A DNA stretch of 64,000 nt from positions 9,571-73,570 of IMG/VR virus record IMGVR_UViG_3300006224_000008. One strand, written 5' to 3'. Below are positions 1-12,000 of this stretch, piece after piece. The translations under genes were made by a program, and so were the position numbers. The notes under the pieces were generated by a model, which saw only the letters and a list, made by a program, of their open reading frames with translations, did not search any database and was not told the origin of the DNA. Positions within the stretch are counted from its first letter, which is position 1. Every line of letters starts with the position of its first letter. Source of the DNA: a virus.

Positions 1-3000
1 AGATCGCCAGCAATCCCGTAGTCCAGAAAGCTACAGAATTTGTGGGCGAGCAGGCCGCGCTGAACGCGTACATGACGGCAACGGCGTCGCCGGAACTGAT
101 GCGCTTGTGGCGCGAGAACCCGGAAGAGGCCAAACGGCAGATCGCGGATATTGTCGGGGTGAACCTGGGCTTCGCGCTTCTAGGCATAGGCAACTGGCGC
201 AGGAGAGTGCCGAGTCACACGGAACGTTACCTCGCGGCGAACCAGAAGAGGTACGCGGACCTTACCGACATGCTGATTACGCGGGCAGCGGTCGGCCCCG
301 AAGCGCAGCGTGAGATTGAAGCCACGATAAAAGCCCGCATGCTGCACTGGACCGGCGACATTGGCATCGGCCCGAGAACGACTCCGCCACCGTTGGTGGA
401 CAGAACCATCGAGGAAGCACAGAACGCACTTCTGCCGCCCGCACTAAGGCCGCAGGCGTTGCCTCCGGCATTGCCTCGCCCAGCGGTGCCGCCACGATTA
501 CCAGGGAATGAACCCCTGTTGACGCCGGAACAGCAAGATCGCGTCGAGGCACGAATGCGTGCCGATGATGCTGCACGACAACAAGAGAAAGGACCTTATG
601 CCCCTCCAGTCAGGATCGAGCCGCCAAGTGGTGTCCAGCAATATCCGGGAACTCCACAGCGGGAAAACGTACCGCCATACCCTCCGGAAGTTCGGCCGGA
701 AGCGGGCGAACAAGCAGGCCGTGGCTATAGCATTGAACGAGGCGGGGCTGTCCCGCCGGAAGCGCCGCCACCTGAGCCTCAAATCCTGACATCTGAAAGC
801 GCCAGATCCATCGACGAGTTTCCACCTAGCCAGCAGGAACTAGACGCGTTGCGTGAGAAGATAATGGCCGGAAGGCCGGAGGGCCTCACACCAAGAGAAA
901 AGGAAGTACTCGATTGGCAGAAGCGACAATCTGAAAATCTGCGGCTACTCTCCCCGGAAAACGCGGCCAAGCTTTCCGAGAAAGATTTTGAGCGATGGGC
1001 ATACCCTAGGTGGACCGAAGAGCCGATCAGCGTCTCCGACGCAAAGGATGTATTTGAAATCCTGAGCGCGCTACTGATGAGAGGGGCTGATCGGATGAAC
1101 ATTAGGAAAGTTGCATCGATCCTAGCCTACAATGTCCAGCGCGAGACTGATCCGGCCATACTGCGGAAAATGTTTGAAAGAAGCGGAGATCCGTACACCG
1201 AGGAAGAGATACAGAAAACCGCAGAGGCCAACGAGGAACACAATCGGGCCACTGCTTCATATGTCGAGGCTGGCCGGGCCGCGCTCGCCGAAAAAGGCAA
1301 AACGCCCGCGCCGCCACCTGAGCCTCAGATAAGAGGTCCGAAACGACCCGAGGACCTCACACCAGAGGACGGGATTCCGTACCTACTTAACCGACTTGGC
1401 AACGTTGAACGGTTGGTCAGTTTTGGCCCCAAGGCCGACCGCGATCTATTCGAGAAAGAACGGCAGAATATCCTGTGGGAATTATACTCACTCGACCGGC
1501 TGCCAGAAACCTACGTCAAGCAGGGCAACAGGTGGGTACAGGCGCGACCTGAGCCTCAGATAAAAGCCCCAGAATCTCCCGGCTTGATGCCGGAGTCAGC
1601 CAAGCCAATCGACTGGAAAGTCGAACTCCAGGCGACCATCGCGGACATGCGGAGACGAATTGCCACGCGTGAGGAAGTGTCTGGCGCAATTGCCCAGGTA
1701 CGCCAGCCGTTGGTAGATGAGGCGTTCCGAAAAACAATCGAAGCGTGGGATGCGGTTGAGAAGGAACCGGATCCTTTCAAGAAAGTACAGTTGCAGAGTC
1801 TCGCACGGAAGGCCGACGACGATGCAGTCAAGTTCTTCTCCAAAGAGCAGAAGGAAACTGTTTTTCGCCGCATGATCGACGGGGAAGAACGTGTACAAGC
1901 TGCATGGGAGAAGTTCAATCTGGACTCCGTGCCAGAGAACGTTCGGGGAATCAGAATGCGGCCAACTGACCCCGAAAAAAGGTGGTTCTATCTCATCACG
2001 CCGTCCACCTATCCCGACCAGAAGGGGAAATGGCAGGCAACGAGAATCGATGAGAGGGGACCATTCGGGCATTTCAACGCAGATACGCCTCAGGATGCTG
2101 TTGCGTCCTTGAGTGGTAGAACCGTTAAGGGAATTGGACCCCCTTGGGGATCCGTTGGAGAATGGGTAGTTGAGCGCGCAGAGCGCATACCGAAAGGTGG
2201 TGAAGCGTATGCCAAAGAAGAAAGGGTGCAAGGGCCGCAAGAAGTAGGCCCACAACCAGTGTTGCCCCCGGTCGAACCCGGAGGTAAAGTATTGCCGAGT
2301 CCAGAAGCGGTCCAACCTATCACCGTCCGCACTGCTACCGGTGGCGAGATCTCCCAACCGCGCAGCACCGAAGGGGAAAAAGCTCCTGAAATGACGGTGG
2401 GCGAGGCCCCAGGTCAAGCTGTTCCTCGCACCGCTTCTGAACTCGCTGCTCTCATAGCTGTCGCCAAGAGGGTTGAAAGCCGCGACCGCCAGCTCTACGA
2501 ACAGATCAAGTTCTCCGGCAACCCCAGAGCCGCAGCAAAAGCGCGTGCCGCATGGCGCCAGACCAAACTCAATGTACGCGAACTCCAGCGGGAACTGAAA
2601 GCCCTCAAAGGCCCGAAAGGCATAGACATCAGCAAGCGCATGACGGCGGACGTTGGCGGGGAACGGATGCCCGACATCATTGATGACATCCTTGCCAATG
2701 TCGGCACGAAACTGTCTCTCGACTCCGCCAAGCAATACATGGAGGACATTGAGGAGAGGCTGAAGCGCGGTGGGGCCGCAGCCAAGTTGTTCACGCGAAA
2801 AGGCGGTCTCGCAATCGACGACGCCTTGGCCATGCTGATCGAGGCGAATCCGAATTACCGGCGACTGGAGACCGAGTACGATTTGCTGGATGCCATATTC
2901 GGCGCAGCCGAGAAACGGAAAGGCGCTAGGAAGGGCGAAGTTCGGGAAGAGCAAGTTCTGTCTGACAGGGAACGCCAGACGATAGATTTTGAAGAGGCCG

Positions 3001-6000
3001 CATTGCGCCAACGTGCCGACACTGAAGGAGTAAAAGCGGATACCCTCCTCATCGGCACCAAGTTCAAGTTGAGGGATGTTGAGTTTGAAGTGCAGGATCT
3101 GATCTTCGATGACAACGAGAACCTGCTCTTTGTCGTAGTTGAAGATGGCAAACGGTTTGGCACGCAACGCGTCGGCGCCGACTGGTACATTTTCCCGGAC
3201 AAAGGCTCCCTTGAAAGGAAGGAGGCAGAAGTTGAATTCGTCTCGCCAGAGGAAGCGGCGGCACCGGAGGGGCCAACCCCTGAGTGGCGACGCCTTTTTG
3301 ATGAGGAAAAGATAACCGGAGCCCAGGCGAAGACATTGCGGGCCATCGAGGCGGATACAGAATCAATCCGCCAGATACCAGTCGGAGGAGAGACCGAAAC
3401 TTATGTCCGATTCAAAAACGGTGTCATAAAGTGGGTCACGAAAACGGGGGAACTCGCGGAGACCAGCCGGGCAGATGAGGCGTTCCCATCGGAAGAAGGG
3501 GCAACGACCCCGCCCGTATCCGTTTCTAGGGCGAATCTGATCTGGAATGCTGTCGCGGCATATCTCGAATCGATTCGCGCAATCGGCGCGCCATCCGACG
3601 CTGTAATTCAAGGTGTCATGGAAATAACCGGACTGGACAGGGGTGAGGTCGAGCCCGCGTTGGAAACGTTGAAATATGAAGGCAAAATCGAATGGCAAAA
3701 GAGGTTGCCGCAGCAAATCAATCTCATCCAAAGACCCCCTCCCGCCCCTGCCGCCGAACAGCCCCCTGTGGAAGGTGTTCCAGAGAGAGGACCAGCTCCG
3801 CCAGTTGCGCCTCCATCCCCGCCTAAACCAGCAGGCCCGGCACTGGACCTGTTCGGTCAACCTATAGCCCCAGAGAAACCGGCCGCGCCCGAACCGCCGA
3901 AGGGTCCGCAAGAGATCCAAGGCGGACTTGAAATCGGAACGGTGCCCTCCGGGGAACCTGCGGTAAAAGAGCGCCCCCTGACAGCGGCAGAGAAAAAGGA
4001 ATTTCGGGCTCTCAGTCTCAAGCTCAGGGCCAACCGCGAAGAAGGCGGTGAGGCGCTGACAACTGAAGAGGCCCAGCGCTATGAGTACCTCGGAGCATTG
4101 GCGGGACAGAAGACGCTTGGAATCGATGTCCAGGTTGGGCTAAAGGGCAAACTAAAAGCGCTTGTGGCCCAGCTTGCATCACTTGACCAGCGGAAGCCGC
4201 AGTCCAGAGGTAAACGTTATGACAAGTGGGCACTCGACCGCAGCGACATCGAACGCCAGATAAAGAAGATTCGCAGTCAACTCACCGAAGGCCAGGGCGA
4301 AGATCTGGGCACTTCCGGACCACCAGAAGAAATGCCCAACGGCATGTTCATGCAGAGGCGCCGACGCGTCCGACAGATGACCGACGAGGAAGTACGCGAA
4401 CGCTGGCCTGACCCCGGAGAGCGCTTGGACGTGTTTCGCCTCTATGGAGAGCGACCATGGGTGGCTGAGTCCAGAACGATGGAGTTCTCGGATGCGTTCG
4501 GAACGCAACTGGAGGAAACCGGTGACTGGTACATTGCCGCCTGGGGTAAGAGTCGCGATGAAGCGATAACTGAGGCGCAGCGGCAGAAGCGGAAAGGTTG
4601 GGAGAATCTGCCGGAGAAGAAGCCGGAACCGCCGCCTGCCATCTGGGCTAAGGAGCTATGGCAACTGACACGAAAGGAACTTGGCGACAACCGCGAGTTG
4701 CTTAGGCCGAAACTGGGCGTTGTCAGCGACACGATGCACCGGGATGCTGTTGCGCAGGCCATTCGAGACGGCAAGCCGGTACCGCCCGAGGTCCTGGCTG
4801 ATTTCCCTGAACTCGCGCCCAAGCCCGAGGCTCCGCCACCAGCTCCAGCAGCCCCGGCAAAACCCGAGTTCGCTGGTGGCGCCCCAGAAGGTGCCCGTGT
4901 GGGCAATTACCTCAAGAAAGATGGCCGCTGGTACCGTGTCGATGCCGAGGGGAACCTTGGCAAGATCCCGACCAACAAAAAGCAGCACGACCAGCTTGAG
5001 CAGGAGTTCGCCTCGCCAACCCCTGCGGACACGCGCACGCCGATTGAGATTCTCGCCCAGGCAAAGCGCGTCAGCGTGAAGTTGCCCGAGGGTGCCACTG
5101 TGTTGCGCGGGTATGACGCGAAGGGCCGGAAGTCGGACATTTTCATCGCCAACATCAACAAGGGCGACAACATTTTCCGTGACGCTGGCATCGTTCGCGT
5201 CGAAGCCGGGTTCATCAACAAGGACAAGCAGTTTAAGCCAATCAAGGGCGACATCAAAGTTTCCGAACGCAAGCCAGCGAGGGAGGGAATGCTGCCGGAG
5301 ACTGAGCGGCAAGCGCTACCGGAGAAGCCCCCTGGCGCTCCTATCCAGATGAGCGGCAACGACGGGTTTCTGATCCCGCCGCTGGAGACTGGGCCGCGTG
5401 AGGGGCTGCCCGCGTTCCACGGCACACCGCATGAGGTGGACAGATTTCAATTGAAGTACCTGGGTACCGGCGAAGGTGCGCAGGTCTTTGGATGGGGACT
5501 CTATTTTGCAGAGGCGAGAGAAGTTGCTGAGAGATACAAACAGTCTCTGAGCGGTGGGGAACCGAGGTCATCCTATCGGTTCAATGGAAGGGAGGCATGG
5601 GAATGGCAGCGTGATTTTGAAAAGGCGATGGAGTATGACAAAGCATCGGTGTGGGAGAGGATACAACTGCACCATCCAAAGAACGCAATACGTGTAGCTG
5701 CTAGGGCTATCATCACGGACGATGCTGAAAGCGCTGCCAAACTGCTAAAGTACATCGAGACACTCCCGGATAGTTTATTCGCCAAAGAACGGGGCAACAT
5801 CTACACCGTTGACATCGCCGAGGATTCCATACTGCTCGACTGGGATAGGCCGCTTCGAGAGCAGCCGCAAGCCGTGCGCGCCGCGCTGGCAAGACTGGAA
5901 GAGCAGGGCGATCCACAGGGGACATTACACGCTCTGAAAGCTGTTCTTGCAGAGCACCTGACTGGTTCAGACTTTTACCGCCGCCTCGAAGCTCTGCGCG

Positions 6001-9000
6001 GGGCCAAGTGGGCGAGCGAAGCGCTCCAGTCCGTAGGCATCAACGGCATTCGATACCTAGACCAGAAAAGCAGGGATTTTATAGTCCAACACAGACCATC
6101 AGACGGAAAATGGTACGTCCTTAGCGGCAAGCCGTCCCCCGGTTTCGCTACAGAACGCGAAGCGCGTGATTGGGGATATGAACAGAGTTCGCGCAACTAC
6201 GTTATCTGGGACGAGTCGAAGATCCGCATCACTGAAAAGAACGGCAAGCCAGTTTCCCTCGATGAGTTTCGACAGGCCATGCCCCCCCGCGAAGGCGAAG
6301 CGGTTCCTAGCCGCGACGTGATTCTCGCCCAGGCCGATTCTCCTGAGCAGTTGCTGGCGCACGTTGACCGCCCGGAGCTTCAGATTCCGGCCGAGATGAA
6401 AGCGCTGGTCAAAGCGCTTCTCAGTCATCCCGTCGCCAAGAAAATACAGGGATTACGCTGGGCGATTGCTGATGTGCTTGCCGGTGGATTCGAGGGCGAC
6501 TTTGATCCTCATGGCCGTCTGGCGCGCTTCTCGCGCTGGGCTGAAGTTAAGGCGCCTGTTCACGAGTTTCTCCATGACCTCTGGTACTTTCTGCAACCGG
6601 GCGAGCGCGGCGAGTTCATGGCCATGCGCGTTGAAGAGATTCGCAAGGCCCTGAAAGACCTTCCGCGTAACGCAGCGGAGATCGCCGCTCTGGAAAAGCT
6701 GCTGGAAGCACCTGTGACATCCGAGGAGTTCCTCGCACTGAAAATGCCGCGGTCACTTTACTGGCTGGCAAACGAACGCGAGTTCTTCGTGAGTGCGATG
6801 CAGGAACCCCTCGTGAAACGTCTCACGACGCCGGAAGCGCAAGGTGCGATTGCCAAGGTCCGCGAGTACATCAAAGGCTTGTGGGATGCATTCAAGGATT
6901 GGACGAAACTATCCCCCAAAACCGAGAGACTCTTCCGCCAGATTTTCGAAGGCAAATACGAGTTCACACCGGAACAAGGGGCGGCGGCAGAGGCACGGGA
7001 GGGGGCGTTGCCCACGAGTCCTGAGGAGTTCAGAAAACAGAAGCGCCTTCTGGAACCGAACGTTGCTGGCAGAACGCTGGCAGGTTTCGCTGAGCCAGCG
7101 AAGATGAAAATGGAGCTGGCCGACCAGTTCAACCTGTCACCGCGGGCGCGCCGGATGATACGGCTGCCGCGTGAGGCGGAGATGTACAGCATCGCGGCGG
7201 GCGAATTGACCGGTATCGAAAATTATGTCCAGGCCAGAGACGCAGTTCCGAAGGATAACCCACATCTGCGTTGGGGAGTGACGCATGATGCCATAACGGG
7301 TATTGATTTTCAGGAGCACCTTGGCAGGACTCTTACGGCCACATACGAGCGGCAGTTAGCCAAGGTGGATTCACCAGCTTTCCAACAGAAGATCTTCCGC
7401 GAAGCACAGCTTGCACTCAGGTCCGACCTCGCCGCCGAGAAAGAGGAAACCTTCCGGAACATCATCGCTGGGAAGGCCGCTGCACTGGAAGCGCAAATCC
7501 GCAATGCCGCCGGTGACGACGCACGCATCGAGACGCTTCGGGAGGACCTACGATTGACGCGTCCGCTGATGGACTGGGCCATGGCTGTGTCCCAGCAGAT
7601 GGACAACATCGTCAATCGCGTGTACCGCGAGTACACGGAGTTCGGTCGCGCAGGTTACTGGACGCGCTGGCGGGAGAATGCGACGGGGCCGAAAAACGCA
7701 GAAGAGTTCTTCCGCCTCTATCAGCGTGCACGAGCGGCCGAAGGCAATCCCCTCGTCGAACGCCAGGAAGTGGCCCTTGCGCGTCTTGCATCCGAAATCC
7801 TGGGGATCAACTTCGGACTAGCGGACAGGTTGCTTTGGGCGGAACGGTGGCGCCGCGAGCCCGACTTTGCCAAGGCAGTGAACGAACTGGGGGAAAAGTT
7901 CGTAAAGGATCTGCGCACGGACCCGGCCAAAGCCATTCGGGGCATGATAACTCGCGAAGGCACGCTCGCCACAAGAGCGTGGCAGGCGAAGACAGCCTAC
8001 CTCGCCATCAATCGGGACGTGATGCGGGAACTGGAACTCCTTGGCGATCTGGAACAAGCCGCGACGGTGATGAAACGCCTCCGCGATTCGGATCAATGGA
8101 AGCAACTCGTCAACACCGTCATCACTGACGCGGAAGGCGAAGGCGTTCCTGCTGTGGTCGTCGATGCGATGCGCGCCGGAAAGTATTCCTCCGCTTTTAA
8201 CGAAGGGACCGGTAAACAAGTCTGGGTCGATCCGAAAGGTGGGTTCCACGAGGTTGATCTGAACTGGACCCCGGACAAGGCTGTTGAAGCGCAAAAGAAA
8301 ATAGACGGCTTCCTGACAGCCGTGAACGACTGGATCTACGACGATGCCAACGCGAACAGCCCCGAGCTGGCGTATTGGCGGCAACAAGCTGACTGGGTGC
8401 GCGCAGTCTACAAGACGGCCTCGGTATTCGCTCCGAGCGCGGTGAAAAGTTTGTTCGTCCAGCATTCGCTGACCATGCTTTCCCCGTTCTTCCGGCAAGC
8501 CAAACTACCAGCAGTGAAGGTCTTGCAGGACATGGCGGAGAACTATGAGCGTGCGCAGAATATCGGCAAGCAATGGTCTGTTGGCTTCGACCAGGACAAC
8601 ATGGACAAGGCTAGGCGCGCCGCGGAGGCGCACGGTTTCCATCCTATCTCGGAACTCCCGCTGTATCGTTCAAACATTTTTGATTCGCTGGCGTGGCATT
8701 ATCGGCACGGCATCGCCATCAAGCCCGGGCAGAAACTGTATGGCGTGACGGTGCTCAAGGAAGACATCGACCTGCTGAAACACCAGGGCGGTGGCCTGTT
8801 CAATCTGATAAAGCGGGCACTGCCGATTGGGCGCAAAGGCCGAGAAGCGAAGATGCAGGAGGCGCGCTTGGTTGACCAATACCTGAAGACCGCTTTCCTG
8901 ATGCGTCCCCCTCAGGAGTTCGGCGCCGAGCCAGGAACAACCGTGATGCGCGACTTCAGCACGCGTGGTGGCGGATTTGCGGATGCCGTCGGGAAAAACG

Positions 9001-12000
9001 CGATAGACGTCAAGCAGGAGGTCAAAGGCGGAAAGACTGTCGAGACCAGGGAAGTCAATCTGGATAAGTTCATGCAACTAGCCAACCTGCCGCAGTACTT
9101 CGAGCCTGTGGTGTGGCGATGGATTTCCGAACGATCGAGGCAGTATAACGATGACACCGGATTCGAACCGTTGCTGAACAAACTGCGTGATCGGATTCAC
9201 GAAGGAACAAATCCACCGAGGAGTGTTGAAGACGTTCTCGATTACATCACACGCAATTCTGAGGCTTCCCCCGAAGAGGTCAAAAAGGCCATTGTCGGCA
9301 ACATGGCCAAGGAAACGTTTTCGTATTACAGGAATTTCATCGAAAAGCCGAGTGGAAGATCACTGACCGTTCGCGCCCTTCGTGCCACGTCACAAGGACC
9401 ATTCAACACCGCGTTCGACCACGACATTGGCAGTTCCTTTTTCTACGACTACGGCATGTTCAGCACTCAGGAGGTCCGGGCTGCCGCCGTGGATGCCACC
9501 ATGTTTTACCTGGAACGCGTCGAGGCTGCCATGCGCAGTACTCTCGATGTGTACGATGAGGCCCTCAGGCAATTTCGGGAAACGAGATCTGGCAGTCCAG
9601 AGCGCAAAGCTTTGATGCAGCAAAATCGGGCACTGTTCAGGTCCGGTGATGATTTCCGGGATTATTCGGCTTTACGCGGCCAGCGCGATGAACTCCAGTG
9701 GTTCATGGAAAATCTTCCCATCTGGTCTAAGCAAAATATCTCCCGAAACGAAGGGTTGAACACCCTGTACCGGGTCATCGGAGATTCGGTCGTCAGCAAG
9801 CTGGCTGGATGGAAAACTGTGTCTCGCGTGTTTACTGGGTCTGCGGTGAAACAGGGGTTCGTGTTCAGCGCGATTGACCGGTTATACGGCACGTCCTACC
9901 TGAAATCGGCACTGTCAATGGCATTGAGCGCATACGACATCGCACTCAAAGGCCCGGCCATGTATCTGGCACGCAGGGCTGGATTGGCTGAGAAGCGGAA
10001 AGAAAAGTTCAGCGGCGTTGCCGAAGAGATCTTCCGGGAAGGTAAATTCTTCGATCCGCTCTACGACTTGGGCATGGGCACAAAAACGCCCTTGTTGAAT
10101 ACCATAAAGAACAACCTCGCCATGCCATACACGCATGGCCGTGGTTATGACCCCAAGTTCTCAACCAATGCTGGCATCGCCCTGCTTCAAAAGGGTGCCT
10201 ATCGGCTGTTATCGGGGGCCGAAACACCACTGGAAGTTTTGCGGACTATCTTCCCGACCCTCGGCTATTCAGTTGCATACGACTCCGTCGCACGTCAGGC
10301 GTTCAACGCAATCAGCGTTATAGAGCGTCAAGCCCGCAGGTCGTTCGAACTGCACGAAGAAGCTGGCACCCTGGGCCGGTTCGACCTCAACGACCCGCGC
10401 AATCCGAAAAATGTACTGCCCGCATCTGACATTCTACCTCGTGGCCTGTTTCCAAAGACGCAGACGCAGTTAGCGCAGGCTCGTGAATTGTTCAAGCGAG
10501 GTACTGACGGAGATCTGAACGATTTCGTGATGGAATTTTGGGCCAAACTCGCCAGAACGCCAAAAGACCAACGGGGCGAGGTCCATCTTCTCAGCGCAGA
10601 CGCAAAAACACCAGAGGAAGCCGCCCGCCTTCAAACCAACCGCAGTCTGGGGATTGCGGCAATTGGACTTCTGGACATCCACCATGCCGGTTTCACAAAC
10701 CGCATGTGGGTGATGCGTGGGTCTTCGATGTGGCGCCTGATGCAGCCAATCGCTGGTTGGACGTTCCAATCTACGAGGCAGTTATTTGAGTTGTTTGGGA
10801 AAAGCGCCACTGATCCCGCTTTGCGCCCCGCTGTCGCTACCGCTCTTACGGCGATCATGGTTCTGGCTGGCCTCGCTGCCATGGGCATTGGCGGTGACCT
10901 TGAGAAGCGGCTGTTTGATGAACTGGAGTGGATCATCAACAAGCGAGTCGATCCAGTCCGCTATTTCGGCATGGGCCGAGACTGGAAGGAGAACACGATC
11001 ATCGCCTTAACCGGCATCTTCACGTATATCACGGTTCTCTCCGGGTACTTGGAACGGTTGATGAGCGAGAAGGGAAATCGAACCAGTGTAACGGACCAAA
11101 TGTTCGTGCTTTCTCTGGCGAACTCCATGGTCAGGTACGTCAGCGGAGTTATTCACACGAAGGATCCGAACTACGGTCTGGCTGGATTCGTGACCCGGGA
11201 AATTCCATCCCTGAAGCCCCTAATCCGACGGACGAGCGCCAACGAAGGGCTGACCAATGTTGAAAATGCGATAACGGCGATACAACGTTTCGCGCCGAAA
11301 GACCTCATACGACAGACTACGGGCGGTTTCGGAATGCCCACTCCGACCGAACTGAGCGTTCCAAAGAACAAACTCAAAAACGCGATCTACGCGGGCGATT
11401 CTGAAGGTGTCATCAAGTACTTCGCCGAACTGCGCAATAAGGCCGTCGAACTCAAGCGCACAGAACCGTTGCGACTCGCGGCTGACATCATGCGCAGCCT
11501 CAACCCGTACACGTTGGCACTCATCGGCCATCCTACCGAAGTGCAACGTCAGGAATTGCTGGGCAGATTGAGCGACCGTGAGCGTCAGGTCATTCTGGAT
11601 GCCGAAACCAACTATCTGGCTGCCGCGCAGTTGGTTGGTGTGCAGTCCCGAATGACCCGCCAGCCTCCTGGTGGCGGCGGTGAGGCCGTCTCAGCGGCCC
11701 CTGCGTTTGGCGGCGGTTACGCCGTTGGCGGCGGTGGTGGCGCCGGGTTGCGCGGTATTACGACCGGCTACGGCGGCGCCGGTGGATTCCCTTCGGTCAG
11801 GCGAATCTCGCTTGGCCGCGCTGGTGGAGTTCCAACCGCTTTCAGGCGTATCTCAACGCGCCGGGGTCCAACCACACGGTTGCGACTCGGTGGCCGCATT
11901 GGCAGGCCCCGCCGTTACACCACGGGAAGGATAAAACTCCGGCCGCGAAGACTCGGAATGCGGCTTCGGCAGAGGGTTACGTTGCCTCGGACCCGGAGAC

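Noticed and set aside
1596-3167. 523-aa antisense ORF and many other shadow ORFs
   Set aside because: They lie opposite well-supported genes in GC-rich DNA and have no motifs or RBS.
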